The notes below the pieces were generated by a model that did no database searches, had not been told where the DNA came from, and was given only the letters and a program-made list of their open reading frames with translations. From Balanoglossus misakiensis (Eukaryota > Animalia > Hemichordata), in the NCBI GenBank assembly GCA_040954595.2, contig CM082585.2, forward strand, positions 12,528,127 to 12,592,126: a stretch of DNA of 64,000 nucleotides. Direction: 5' to 3'. Positions 1 to 13,300 of the stretch are shown here, piece after piece (positions within the stretch are counted from its first letter, which is position 1; each line of letters begins with the position of its first letter). The translations under genes were made by a program, and so were the position numbers.

Positions 1-135
1 TTGCATCTTGCGGATGTGTTTTATTAGCACAAACCACACTTTGATCAACATGCTTCTAAAACATTGATTCAGTAAAATATACTGTCTTCAGTTAAATGTG
101 CGGTTACTCAGACTTTGCTGTGTATCTTTCTACAG

Positions 136-3100
136 GTACTTCTTACGTCCTAGGGATACACCAACAAAGTCTTCCAAGGGAGAGTTGGGGTCATTACGTG
201 TACAAATTCACTATCATGAAGATCATGTCTTTCCATCTCAGTCTTACCAGAATTTAAAACGAATTTTACTGAAATCACCAGAGGTGAAGGTAAGAACCAC
301 TACATATGATGTGATTTATTGCACTTCAGGCGATGATTTGGTGTCATATGTTAAATGTTTGTTGCTTTCAGCCAATTACGTCCAGTGCAGCTTACCTCCT
401 TGGTGAAATCCACAGAGACAAGCAAAGTACAGCAAGGTCCTTGGTGAAACTCTTCTACCATCACAACTCAATCATTGATCTGCTAGGTGCATTGGCTGAT
501 CATGAAATCTCCAAAACTTCGTAAGTATTTAGCGAAGTGTGATCCAAAAATGTTGTTAACCAATCAATCATATCAATAAAGCAGGATTATAAAATCTTGT
601 TTTTCAAGTGTTCTATCAATTGTCATTATATTTCATAATGCCACTTCATTGATTGCCTTGAACTCCCAAAATATGATAAATAACTTTTTAATAGTACAAT
701 GTCTCAATGGCACATTTTATTATCTTTCAGGAATAGTAACACATTATTCCGTGGAAACACATTGACAACAAAATGTATTGATGAATACATGAAACTGGAA
801 GGACACCATTATTTACAGGATACACTAAAGAAGGTCATCGATGAAATTTATGAGGAACACTTGCCATGTGAAATTGATCCTCTGAAATTACGGGATGGCG
901 AGAATTTACAGAATAATCTGGTAGGTTTTGATTGTAGACTAGACCAGCCTTATAGCAACTTAGTCCATCTCTCTGTCACATGGAAACCTAGTCACATTTC
1001 TGTAAGAATTTAGAATAATTTCCAGTTAATACTCATCACATCAGTGACCTTATTATACACCTACTGCTGTAACCTATGGAGTTCCGTAATACAATAATTC
1101 GCGGTATCACCGTACAATAATTATTCAAATGAGGACGCGGAGTCCAATAACACCAGGGTTATTGGACGCATTGTGACTTTGACCTCACAGGACTGGTGAT
1201 AAATGTAAACAATGATGATATTAACCCTACTCTGACAAAAATTTATATAAAAAGTACACAGCCGTTATTAAACAAAATTATTGGTGACCCAAGATGCGAA
1301 ATAAGTCAAAATCCAAGCTGAAATTTCAGTCGAAGGAATCTGTGAACGAACAGGCGAGCGCGTTTATTTCAAGTTCCAGCCACGAGCTCAGCGCAAGCAG
1401 CGTAGAACGTCGCGCGCGAGACAGGCAGTTCGACACTAGCATCACCTGATGCGCGAGGTGAAGGCGCGTTACATCATGGCGGTGTCTGAAAACTAGAAAG
1501 TCCGATAGCGGCCAATTTATTCTTTATCGTTCATGAAGAACGTTCAGAAAAGGTGTATAATAATAAGGTTATTCACAAAAAACCGGGATTTATGTCCTCG
1601 TACGTCGTACGCTTCGGTATTGTCCCATATTTGTTTCATATTTCTTTAAAGAATATTTTTTTCTTCAAATCTTTATTAGTTGTAAATCCACATCAGAGTA
1701 TTCCACTGACAATACCTCCGCTGTACGATGTACTTGGACATAAATCCCGGTATTTTGTGAATAACCTTATATTATTAGAATGTTTGGTATAAAACATGCA
1801 AAGAAATCTTTTAACTGCTGTAAAACTGACAGGATGGCAAAATCAAAGGGTGTATTGTAAGTCTAGGTTGACATTCCACATCAGAGTTGTACCTCTGACC
1901 TTTGGAAGTAAAGGTTTACGGAACCAACATTGCTTATCATTTCAACACTTCAGTACTCATTCTATAGAAATATTTCCTGACGGAAGTCAGTGAGCTATAA
2001 GAGATATTCTATTTCCCTGTCAATCATTACTCCTTATTTCGAGCATGTCATTGTAGAAAGGGAGAAGCCTGATTTTCACCATTGCAAAGTTACTTTCAAA
2101 ATAAGATAACCTCCAACTGGATGACAGTAATGGTTTAATGTGGATTTCCAAGGTTGAGCATTGGAAGCAAGGTAATGTTTGAGCCCCAGGGCATTTAAGG
2201 GAGAATAAATTTATTGAGCATGACAACATCTACAGAGACTTTGGTATTGAACTATTGTGGCTAAACTATTTTATACCACTTAACTTTTTTATGTAGAGTA
2301 ATCTGCAGAATTATGTGGAGAAGGTGTATCAGTGTATTGTAGATTCTGCTATGGCATGTCCAACTGGCATATGTGAAGTGTTCTACGGATTGAAGCGGAC
2401 AGCCAGACAGTATTTTCCAGGTATTTTGGGATTGCTTATATAATCTGCCACCATAATTAGTTGTATGACCTGTTACCAAGGTTATGTTTATCATCTGTTG
2501 ACAAGGTTATGTTTATCATCTGTTGCCAAGGTTGTGTGCAGCAAAGGCAAATAGATTTAACACATGCCAACAACACCAGGAACACAAATACAATATAGCA
2601 TAGTATACTACTACCAGCTTACCTCGTTCATGTTTACTTGCATCAATCCCATCTAACCAAGTATACAAATGTACCTCTTTCATCAATACACATAACAACT
2701 CCATTTTATCATGGTTACTAGAAGAAGACGGTTAGGAAACTCGATTGTTCGGAAGGTGTGAACGAGGTGTTAGCTAGGAGAGTACATGTCCGAACCGCTA
2801 TGTGGGGTTGTATTGGGGAACGTGTTAATTTTTGAACCCCTTCATCTGCCCTTTTTCGTCAGAGTACAGCGCCACTTTTTTTTTGTACGAGTTCCATATA
2901 GGCTTATGGAGTGCACGGTCATAGTCTGTTGGGCTTGCGACACTCTACCATTGTTTCTTGGGTGGTTAACTAAAAGTCCAGACTCAAATAGCGTCGAATT
3001 TTGAACCCCTAGAATTCAACCCTGATGGTCGCATTTCTGTTTTTTTTAAATATATTTAGATATTTTACACCTTTTTGTATTGCATGGGCTATTTCGTTTA

Positions 3101-6100
3101 TTCCAATTGGAATATTTCGTTGAGATTGCATACCCATTTCGATACAGTCGTTAACATTATCGATATAGCCTTTGGCGGCCATCTTGTTTGTTTTGGTTCG
3201 CATCGAATCTCTAGGGCACAGTCAAGACAAAGAATGTATGGCTTCATCATGTCCTTGAAAGTTCAAAATTGTCATAAATGTGCTGTGACTTTATAAATTA
3301 TCCACTCTCTGTTCTGTTTTCCTCAAATCTGGTGGTATACGTACTGTGCGTGCAAGCAATTCCGTAAACATGAGTATGGTTTGCTTTGGATTGTAGGGGT
3401 AATGACGTCATTTTGACCGAGCGGTCAGTTATTCTGTCTGTTTATTCGTATGGCCAGGCTCGTTAGCACCTGATATCTTTCGTTTACACTAAGTGTTTAC
3501 CGAGGCGAGCATCTAACAATGGAGAAAAAATAGTTTCCTAACCGTCTTCTTCTAGTAACCGTGATTTTATCAATACAATCCAATTTCAAACCATGTTCTT
3601 GCTTGGTTCCATGCAGTGAAGATTTCATTGAGACAGTAAAAAGTAAACGCAGAGACTCAGTTTCAAATGTTATTTGCTAGTGAAGATTATTTTGACGACA
3701 TTTGTATCATATTGCCTTAACTTTCAAAAACTAAACTCAGTGTGCATAACAATTCTTTCTAACTGTTTTTCAGATGATATTGAGGCTAACTATGCGTCTG
3801 TCAGTGCATTCATATTTCTTCGCTTCTTTGTGCCAGCGATATTAAATCCAAAATTGTTTCAACTTCGTGCAGACAATGCTGTAAGTATTTACCTTACATC
3901 ATACCTGATAGTCTGTTCCAATCCACTAGTTGTATTTGTGTGCAGGATTTTAGTTGTACTTCAGAATCCGAGGTCAGTTTGTACATATTTTTTTGGATAC
4001 ATTTTGACATAGTCATGGGTTCTATGTACAATGAAGAAATTGCTGTGGCATTTTATATTTTAAGTTATTGTAACAAATGGAGTGTGATGCTGCTATGGCA
4101 ACTTATGTTTTGTTTTTTGTGGTTTCTGCATAATGTCTCCTTTGTTATCATCATCTCTAGGATGAAGTGACTGGTCGTACATTAACATTGATATCCAAAG
4201 CCATACAGACTCTGGCAAATACCACTTTACCTTCTAAACTGGTAAGTAACAAATGCTGTTCTTTCAAACCATGTGTGTAATTAGAATGCAATGGCAGTAT
4301 CTCACTGACCATGAATGGAGCTGTGGTGTATTCTTGCTGTCAAACTTATGTGAATGAACAGCCATTGAACTACACCCATCCCTGCATGTTTTATGTTGTT
4401 TACTTCTACAAGCATTCCCATTTTTCAAAATAAAGAATTTCATACCAAATGTTGCTGAAGTATATATTTAATATGCATGCAAAGATGTGAAATATTTGAC
4501 AGATACAAATTAATACTGATCTTGTTGCAGAGTTGCCATGGTATGAAAGAGGAATATATGTCTGTGTTGTACAGCAATCTATTGGATGAAGAGCACATCG
4601 GAAACATCAAGATAGTAAGTCAAAGTTTTCAGTGGTTTATGGCACTGTCTTGGACCTTCTCACCCCTATTTTCCTTTACATAGACTGTGTCATTGGAAAT
4701 AATGAGGTGAAACCACAGTATAGTATTTGAGAGTTAGAGACAGAAATCTCCTGCTTTGATTTCCATTAATTGAACCAGACATATAAATAACACTAGTGTA
4801 ATTTTGCATTCCAGTTCATAGATATAATCTCATCATCAACAAGGGCTCGTATTAAAGCACAAGAAACACCCATCCTACTCAAAGAAGGGTAAGGAATTAT
4901 TAATTAATTCATGAAACCATGTTGTGTTTTACAAAAAGAACTAGATGAATGTTACTTGGAGTAATGACATTACTTGGTGGTCATTAAGATCATACACTTC
5001 ATGACTGAATGTTGACTTTTACCTCATACAACCATGGATTCCCACGTGTATTACACTTGGTAGTTGTACAATCATTTGTTCATCGATAAAATTGCTTTAA
5101 CTGAGCAAAAGAAATTGAAATTTGAACATCAGTGATGTTTTCATTTTATGCAATCTTTGTTATATTAACTGGTAGCCTTGATGCATTCCTCCTGTTTTTT
5201 CTTCAACAGGGAAATGATAAAACGTGCTCAAGGAAGAAGGAAATTTGGAGTAAAGAACTTCAAGAGAAGATGGTTTGTATTGACCACAAAGGATCTCATA
5301 TACTGCAAAGAGAAAGGTATATTTAGTCATGTTGAAATGTTTGTTCATGAATAAGATGGATGGTGTAGATTTTCTTTTACAAAATTGTGCAATATTTCTT
5401 CCTTGGTCACAGCCCTACATGTATGTGACATGACTGAATTTGTCTTAGATTTTAGTTCACTCAATAATAGTTCGCAGCGATATCATGTGAGGATGTACAC
5501 GTTACTGTTAACAAAAATCCATATTCCGTATTCATAGCTTGCATTATTTGGACACAACTGGTTGTCTTTGGCTGCATTCTGACCATTTCCATACCAGCAG
5601 TGTTTCAAAATGAGTTCATCATTACTTCTTTCAGATACTACTCCACTCTGTCAGATTCCTGTGGAAAACATCTTGGCTGTTGAAAGATTACAAGAAGAGT
5701 CTTTCAAAATGAAGCATGTAAGAAACAATTCTTTTCATGTTTCACCCCCTCTCACCACTATGGTTCTGTCCAAACCTATTGTTTCCTATGGTAAGATTGG
5801 ATCTCTAAAAAGGAAGGAAAAGAAAAAAGGACATACAAGAAGTGTTGTAAGGTGTCTCACTTGGCATGGTAACACTTCTGTGGATCAGTCAAAACAATTC
5901 TACCAATTGCAACTTCGCAACTTGTAGGATCATTTCCAAAATGGACTGTGTAACTAAGTGATGTCTGTTAACTGCTGTCAAAAAATGTGTTTAGATGTTT
6001 CAGATTGTTCAACCAGAGAGGGCGCTCTATGTGCAGTCCATCAACTCAGTGGAGGAAAAACAATGGTAAGAATGAATTCTTATTTTCTGAAAGAAATGAC

Positions 6101-8661
6101 AGAGTATGAGTTATAAACCAAGAGAGTTTTTGTGGATACAGCTATAACAATTTGATAATGGAATCGCGTTGAGGTTTTCAATTCCACTTTTATTTCTTTC
6201 TGATACATTCTGAGTTGTATTTTGATTTTAGGATTGATTTGTTGACAAAGATTGTAAAATCCAACAAAAATCGACTCAATTCATACCACCCAGCAGCTTA
6301 TCTCCATGGACATTGGATTTGGTAAGTTTTCAAAAAAATGTTGCCAACTGACCAAAATCAAAACTGATATTTAGATGCTTTCCCAAGGGGATTTACATGA
6401 TGTCTGTGGGTCTTTTAAGTGAACAATCTCAATATCTCAAAAATTATGCAGCACATTTTATTAAATCTGACGTAGATTATGGTTAGAACACATAGGTTTA
6501 GCAAAGTCTTTGAAAACCATATTTGTTTCATATTTCTTTAAAGAATATTTTTTTCTTCAAATCTTTATTAGTTGTAAATCCACATCAGAGTATTCCACTG
6601 GCTGTACCCCTGTAACAGAGTAAGTAGACTTGTCTATGAGAGATCCAAACTTCACATGTGTCCAATATATTTATAGTGAATTTAGAGTGTCCATATTGCA
6701 GATTATAAATAACATTACTGCTTTGACCAATGTTGTTCAAGGTAGGGGATATAATGATAGGGTTTCAACTTGATATTTTCTTTTTGTTTGACAGTGGAGT
6801 ACCAGCTGGGATCAAAATAGATATTGATGCAGATAGAGAATTGGAACGGATACATTCAATTCTCTTCACACATCTAGACACTCTTCAGAAGCTGATAGGT
6901 AAGATATCTGTTCAACTGTTTATCCTCCTAAATAAGTGTTCAGAATTTAAAAAGAAAACACCTTGACGTAATACTTCCTGACCTCTATTATTTTATTAAA
7001 ATGTTCATGAGAAAACTGTTTACTTCATTTCAGATCTTCCAGAGGAAGAAAAGAAGATGGAAACCATTGTTATAAATGGTTGTACAATCATGTTAGATGA
7101 CATCAACACTGCAATAGACACATTGAAATCATTGCAAGGTGGAGTCATAAGTTTGGAACAAGAACACAAGATGTACTTCAAGAGGTTACAGAAAGAAACC
7201 AAATATGGAAGCGAGTAAGTGAATAGCGCCCTCTCATATCCACATACGTATAAACGATGAATTCATTGAAATGGAAAATGTTATTCTGGTTAATTATCAG
7301 ATTGCTTCTTTCGCCAAGTCCAATCAAATTAACACCATGTGATCTGATTTATTAGAGCTTGTGATGATATGCAAATCTGTCAAAGTGATATTTTATTTTC
7401 TTCAAGGACCAAATTTTGCATCTCTTCCCTTTAACACTTTTTTATATGGAAGCAAAATTAAAATGTGTAGTAGCTAGGCATATTTACATACATGCAATTA
7501 AAAATAGACGTAGTCAGAGCTATATATTTAATCACTTTGAGAAAAGATTTTGGTTCATGTCCACGCCTGATTATTGGACGTCAGTGACTGACTCAGGGCC
7601 AAGACAATTAAGCTTTGTGTGTCAACAAGGTCTTGCTTGGTCTTTGCCCAGAAGCAGCAGTGAGAACCCCAGTGGGGAACAGGACTGGTTCAATGCATCC
7701 ATCCATCCATCAGATAATAATTTGAGGTTAGGCTTGAAACCTCCCTTTTGTGTGTGCATTGCAGATGAATCTAGTCCAACTCTTGTCTAACTCAGTCTTG
7801 ATTGATTATTTGGAGTATAGCAATTCAGAGTAGGCACAAACTTTGCAGTTTGAACCTAGTTACTGTCATCTGTCAAAGGAGATGGCATAGTGCTTTGCAC
7901 AAGCAGTTTTTTCAAGGACACATGCTGCATATTAAAGAGTTGTACTTTGTGAAATGGTTTTATCCAGGGACTCAGCATGGTGAGGGAGGTGTACTTTCCA
8001 GTTTGAACTTTTGGCCTGATCAAAGAATTGCATTCCAGCTAGACACACCTATGTTATTTATGGTTTAAGTTTTGCACAGGTCAGACTCTTGTGTATAACT
8101 TTGATCTTTAACCTGCCTGAAAAGGAGTGGCATGAGTTTATATGAACTCTGTCAACTACAGTTGACCACATGTGATGTGGGCTTTAGGCTAAAGAAGACT
8201 TTTTGTTTAGCAATAATTATGAATGAGGACATATTTAACCCAGGGCCAAGCTGTGTCTCATGAAGGAAGGGGGTTGATAGCCTAAGCCACAAAATAGAGT
8301 ATGCCAAAGCTTTATATGAATGTATATGCTTGAACCACGAACTATGTTTCAGTTGACACTCTGAAATGCCCTTGTTTATAGCACTGTTGACCAGAAAGTT
8401 AAAAAGTCAAATAAAGACAGCAAAGAGGACCATGAAAGAAGTTAAAGTTAGCACTGGCCATCATGACAGGGCAGTTTCTAAATGCAGTCTGAATGTATAG
8501 TCCATTTAGCCATCCAGACTTGTGACATTATGACACTGAGAAGTGCCTCAATGAAGTTTTGACCTTCAGCAATATTCTTATAATTATGATAAAGGGATAA
8601 TATTTTATCTTCTAGGCAAAGTCCTATTGAACACAGAGGTGCATTTGAAGAACTGCAGTGA
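136..8661 (+). CDS. RASA3: GAP1-family Ras GTPase-activating protein (RASA3/RASA2-like), 3' portion; 5' exons lie upstream of the window
   Basis: Hand-spliced GT-AG exons with consistent phases: 136-289, 372-520, 731-920, 2297-2420, 3774-3880, 4161-4241, 4531-4614, 4815-4888, 5210-5316, 5635-5717, 5995-6065, 6232-6321, 6572-6619, 6795-6898, 7034-7214, 8616-8661 (TGA). The translation shows the end of C2B ([23 protein letters not shown]), the RasGAP arginine finger FRGN, the [15 protein letters not shown] signature, a PH domain ([19 protein letters not shown]), the Btk motif ([16 protein letters not shown]), [12 protein letters not shown] and a C-terminal TKYGSEQSPI. All are colinear with vertebrate RASA3 as I recall it; RASA2 versus RASA3 orthology is not resolved. 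Confidence 0.93.
1050..1777. mobile_element. Non-autonomous element with a terminal ~67-bp imperfect hairpin; family uncertain, possibly Crypton-like (tyrosine-recombinase mobilised)
   Basis: CpG-rich block inside a CpG-poor intron. 13-bp inverted repeat ttattatacacct (1050-1062) / aggtgtataataa (1551-1563). Long inverted arms at 1558-1624 and 1708-1777. Short direct repeat accttat at 1047-1053 and 1764-1770. No coding capacity. Confidence 0.6.
1625..1708 (+). repeat. Perfect 84-bp copy of 6517-6600 (RASA intron 3' end plus the first 29 nt of the Btk-motif exon)
   Basis: Base-by-base comparison shows ccatatttgtttc...cagagtattccactg is identical at both sites and in the same orientation. Confidence 0.95.
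2470..2535. repeat. Short tandem repeat, ~25-bp unit, ~2.6 copies
   Basis: ctgttaccaaggttatgtttatcat / ctgttgacaaggttatgtttatcat / ctgttgccaaggttgt. Confidence 0.8.
2710..3563. mobile_element. Non-autonomous TIR DNA transposon (MITE), P-superfamily-like termini
   Basis: 32-bp TIRs: catggttactagaagaagacggttaggaaact (2710-2741) and its reverse complement at 3532-3563, with 1 mismatch. Flanking direct repeat attttat at 2703-2709 and 3564-3570. CA...TG ends; no transposase ORF. The superfamily is inferred only from the ends and TSD length. Confidence 0.88.
5745..5812 (+). repeat. Degenerate copy of the 85-bp TTAA-flanked mini-element at 41037-41121
   Basis: ccctctcaccactatggttctgtccaaacctattgtttcctatggtaagattggatctctaaa aligns with 41037-41100. 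Confidence 0.7.
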
Positions 8662-10292
8662 AAGAGAAGTAAACAAGAAACAACAACTCATTTACATACC
8701 AGCATGCATAGCAGTGTTCCCAGAACCGTTCCCAGAACCAAAGCTGAGTGAAGAAAGATACTGTTGACCCCCCTTTTATATCATCATGCCAGTGTCTTTA
8801 CTATATGATCTTATTGTGTCTGCATTTGTTTCTTACCAAGGAAGTAAATGACAATGATATATGTTGTCTTTTGTTTATCAAACAGAAGGTTTATTTACCT
8901 TTAGTAGTTGGTAATGAGACTAATGACATGATGATTGAAATGTTATTCTGGTTTCTTCAGCTTCTGTTTATTTTTTAAGTCAACTTACTATAAATATTAC
9001 CTATTTTATGAGCAGCTTTAGAAGTACTATGTTGTATTGTATCAAATACATTATCTGAGTGTTAGCTGCTGCACAGATGTCTCAAACTGTTAAAAGTACA
9101 GATCACGGCCAAGCCTTAATATTTTACTGTATGTCAATATTCATTTTCTATTTTGAAAGCCACATCCAAACTAATAGCTGCATCCTATTGTGATTCCTTC
9201 TACCAAATCAAATTTTGTGATTTAAGACTTCCCAAACATAGAAAATAGAAAGTTCAAACTTAAGGATGGGTAGTGCTTACCCTTTTTATAGATTTACTAT
9301 CACATGAGAATAACTGTGCAGAAAATGAATGTAACTAACACTGAAATATTCAACATGGCAGAAGTATTTGCTGTACTGCCAGATGTTCTAATGCAATCAT
9401 TCTGTATCTTGTAATTAGGTCCTCATGTTTATTACATTTAAATAATACGGATAATTTTAAATGTTGAAAACAAGCAGATTTTTTATAATGGTGATATTTT
9501 CCAAATCATATAATGCTTTGTTGAAATACCTGAAAATTTGTGGGAAATTTGAAAATATTTTCCAATGCTGACACTCATTTTTGAGCTGCTTGCTTGAAGG
9601 CAGTGAATTTTCTGTGACTGGATCAAAAGTCCATAAAAATCATGGTCCAGTTTTGTTCTGTTAAGAGAGAATGGTATAGTGACAAAGATAGAAATGAAAA
9701 GTGAACAAAAGACAGAGCCATGATGAGATTTTTTAATTGCTAACAAAAACTAAATGGATTTCCTGTCCATTTCATCAATGCATTCACCACTTCCTGTTTG
9801 CCATTCACTACTTCCTGTTTCCTGTCTCACTCAAGATTTCTCTTTTTACATCCAATTCACCAGCCTGTCAGTTTTTCTCACTTTAAGCCCAGGATCAAGT
9901 TTTCTGTATCTTGCGAGAGGATGAAGGGCCTTTCATGGTGCTTTTATTGCATACTATGCATGTTACAGTAGACATCATGTAATATATGCAACAGGACAAT
10001 CAAGTTCTCCAGAAACCTTTTTAAATATATTTTGTACAAGTATTATATGTGGCTCATTTGGTGATTATCAACTGTCACCCGGTGAGAGCTAAAGAAATTA
10101 ATTGAACCGAATGTCATTTAGACTGCTGCTGTTTTCAAGGTATACACTCACTTCTATAAACTACACACATATAGTTAATATGGTCAAATTTGTCTAAGTG
10201 TTCCCACGACCCAGTGGTGCACACTTTATGAACTCTCTGTGAAAACCTGTTGCAAGATTTATGCAGGTGATTGTATACCTTCAGCACTATTT

Positions 10293-10340
10293 TGTTGTTG
10301 TTTTTGTTGTTGCTGTTGCTGCGGCTGTTGTTGTTGTTGT
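10293..10340. repeat. Imperfect (GTT/GCT)n microsatellite
   Basis: gttgttgtttttgttgttgctgttgctgcggctgttgttgttgttg. Confidence 0.75.
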
Positions 10341-13300
10341 CTTGTGCTTGTATATATGTTCATTGCAGCTTTTTCTTTTGGATATAATTGAATGCAAGCT
10401 TTATATTTTGTACATTTTATTTTGTAAACGTCAAAAAGATATGAAAAGAGATATAGTTTTATTTGAAGTGTAGTACACTGCCCGTGTGACTCTACAATAA
10501 TCTAGAATTTCACTTCTTCTAGTATTCCTTCTAGAAGCTGAATGAGTTCAGATTTTGTTTTGTCAATCTGACATTGAGTTTCCTATACAAAATTGTATAT
10601 TTTACACTTAACTCTTTTACCACGGTGATTTTCATTGTTTTGAGTTTTAATAACACTGCATTCTGTCAACCTTTATTTTATAAGATGATAATACGATCAT
10701 GACAATTATATGATATAAGATAATCAATTTTTTTTTCTGAAAGGTAAATTTTTTATCATTTTGTGTTTGTAAAGTGAAGTTTGCAGCTGAAGCTGTTCCT
10801 AATTTTGAACTCAACCATATGTGAAATTTTCTCTTGGGTGTGGGGAAATTAGACTGTGGTGTTAATTTATTTTCGTTATGATCAGCAGATTAGTACATTC
10901 CAGTATTTAACTTAAGTCAGTCAGTCTGTCAGCAGAATTCTTATACCGAACTAAAACAACATGACCTGGTTGGTAGCAAACTTAAAACCACAAACCTCAT
11001 GTCAAGGTCATACTAAAAGATATCGCTCAATTATTTCAAAGTATGTCAACTGGGAATAATTTAGACTTGGAGTCAACTGGGATGGTAGCCTCTTTAAGTT
11101 TTGTAGCCTGTTTATGTAGGCGTGGAGGGTTGACAGCTGATCTGTGTGGAATTCAAAGATTTATATAGCCAGATGTTTCAAACTGTTTCATCACTACCAG
11201 TGGGCCTGTACTGTGAAAAATTTAGTGCATGTAAAGTCCAACAAGCGTGGCTTGAAGTTTCATGTTACCAATTCTTTTACTGCTGTGGTATTGTGAAACT
11301 AGTTTAGTTCATCAAGTCTTTATTTAAACAGTGTCCACTGCATGCAGAGATTATAATTATCACTCTGATGTTGCTTTAAACCCAATGACGAAGTGGAACA
11401 GCACATCCGTAACAGAAAGATGTCTGGAAACAAAATTGAATGTACTTTACTCATGTCATTGGTTACACATTTGACATCTTCATGTTTCAGTTGATGTGCG
11501 AGTCTGTAAGATGTTGCCACTAATTCATTAACTAATATAATATTTACCCAATATGCACCTATAGCTCAGCATCAAATCAATTGTCACTATGGTTATTATA
11601 GGATCCTGAGAAGGTCAGCTGAAGTTCATTTTGTTTTATATTAAATACCAGTTGTGTTTTGTAGTGTTATACATCTTACAAAGATGTGAACAAAAAAAAA
11701 ACTTATCCTTCACTCTCTACAAGTATATGAAAATACTTTCCTTTAAGATAAAATTTATGAGATGTTTTTTTGATATATTTATGATATATGTATTTTAGAT
11801 ATGAAGGCATAACTTCTGTACCTGTAAATGATTTTTGCTTTTAATCTTTGAAAATGAAATGTGTGAGTTCAGAACATCCAGAAGGTGAACATATTTCAAT
11901 TCTGCAACTATTCTGTAGACCATTTTGTAAGGTATACCATTTCTCACTGACATAAGTGGCTTTAATTGTGAAACTACAGAAGTTGATTTGAAATGGCCAC
12001 AAAAAATCTGAATGGTTCTATGGCTTTGTACATGTATTTTTATATTTAGTTTAGTTTTTCAAAGAAAGAACGGCAACTGTAGACAAAGGCAACAACTGGA
12101 AAATACAAGTGCAAAGCACAAATGAAATGAAGAATTTGAATGCAGCCAGGAATCAAAGTCATGATGAAATCAGGTTTGTAAGGAAACAATTTAAATTTAA
12201 ATTTTATTTCTATGATACTTGTTTAGTACTTTTTGTTTCTTATCATGTTTTTTTTATATTCAATTAGGTGTTAATGTATTTGATATAGCCTGCATGTTTT
12301 AGAGTTATCATTTTTACTTTTCCCTTCTATTTTATGTTTTATGAGACATTTTTTGTTGGTGTCAGTGACAACTGCAGACATCTGTGGAAGTTGAACTGAT
12401 ATATATTCTTTTCAAATTTTATGACGTGTTTACTCACTTGACACAATATTATCAAATGTGTTAATATTGTTCCTTTCCATCGTTTAAAAAAATATTATTT
12501 GATTATTTTTTATATTATTTGATTATTTTCATATTTGTAATAGTTACAGGTTATCATAACAATCATGAGTTTTTGTTTCTTTTGTTTTTTATGAAGTTTT
12601 GAGTTTTTCATTTCTTTTGTTTTTTATGAATTTTTGAAAAAATAAATTAAAATGTCCATCTCTGTCTTATCTCTTTTTTTTGTTTTTATTATTCCCATGG
12701 TCCAATGCTCCTTTGCTTACAAAACCTTATTTACAGTCTAGATAGTCCACATTTATTTTGTCATCATCGTGCATCATTATTCTATCTATTCAAAGGTCAG
12801 ATATTATAAGTTTTTTCCCCCCACATGACAAATCAATTTTGTTTGTCACTAAAAATATTGTCATTTGCCATGTTTGTTGCAGCTTTATTGAAATACACCG
12901 CAAAGAATCCATTGCTATGTTGAACGAGGATTAGGTGAGTGTTATAAGTTACCTCCAATAAGTTCTGAATGTACTGCTTTTGACTGTGACATTGAACTTG
13001 TCAAAAATGTTGATTGTCATTCACTGTCAACTTTCACATCAGAAACTACTTCAGTATTTGCCAATCAGTTTCATTATTTTGGTACGCAGGTCCTTTATGG
13101 GTGATCTGTTTTCAGACACACTTTTTTAAAATTTGGTATGCAGGTGTCAGAAAAAGGCCAGTAAAGGCATCCAATGTCTGAGCATCTGTTCATTATGTCA
13201 ATCTATTAATCATTTGATAAATTAAGGATGTTTTAATATATCATTAGGGTTACTGATGAGTAATACTGAACCAGGTCCTAGTTAGTGTTTGTGTTTGTAT

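Noticed and set aside
12488-12632. Short T-rich direct duplications in the putative RASA 3' UTR
   Set aside because: Low-complexity slippage products with no evidence of function.
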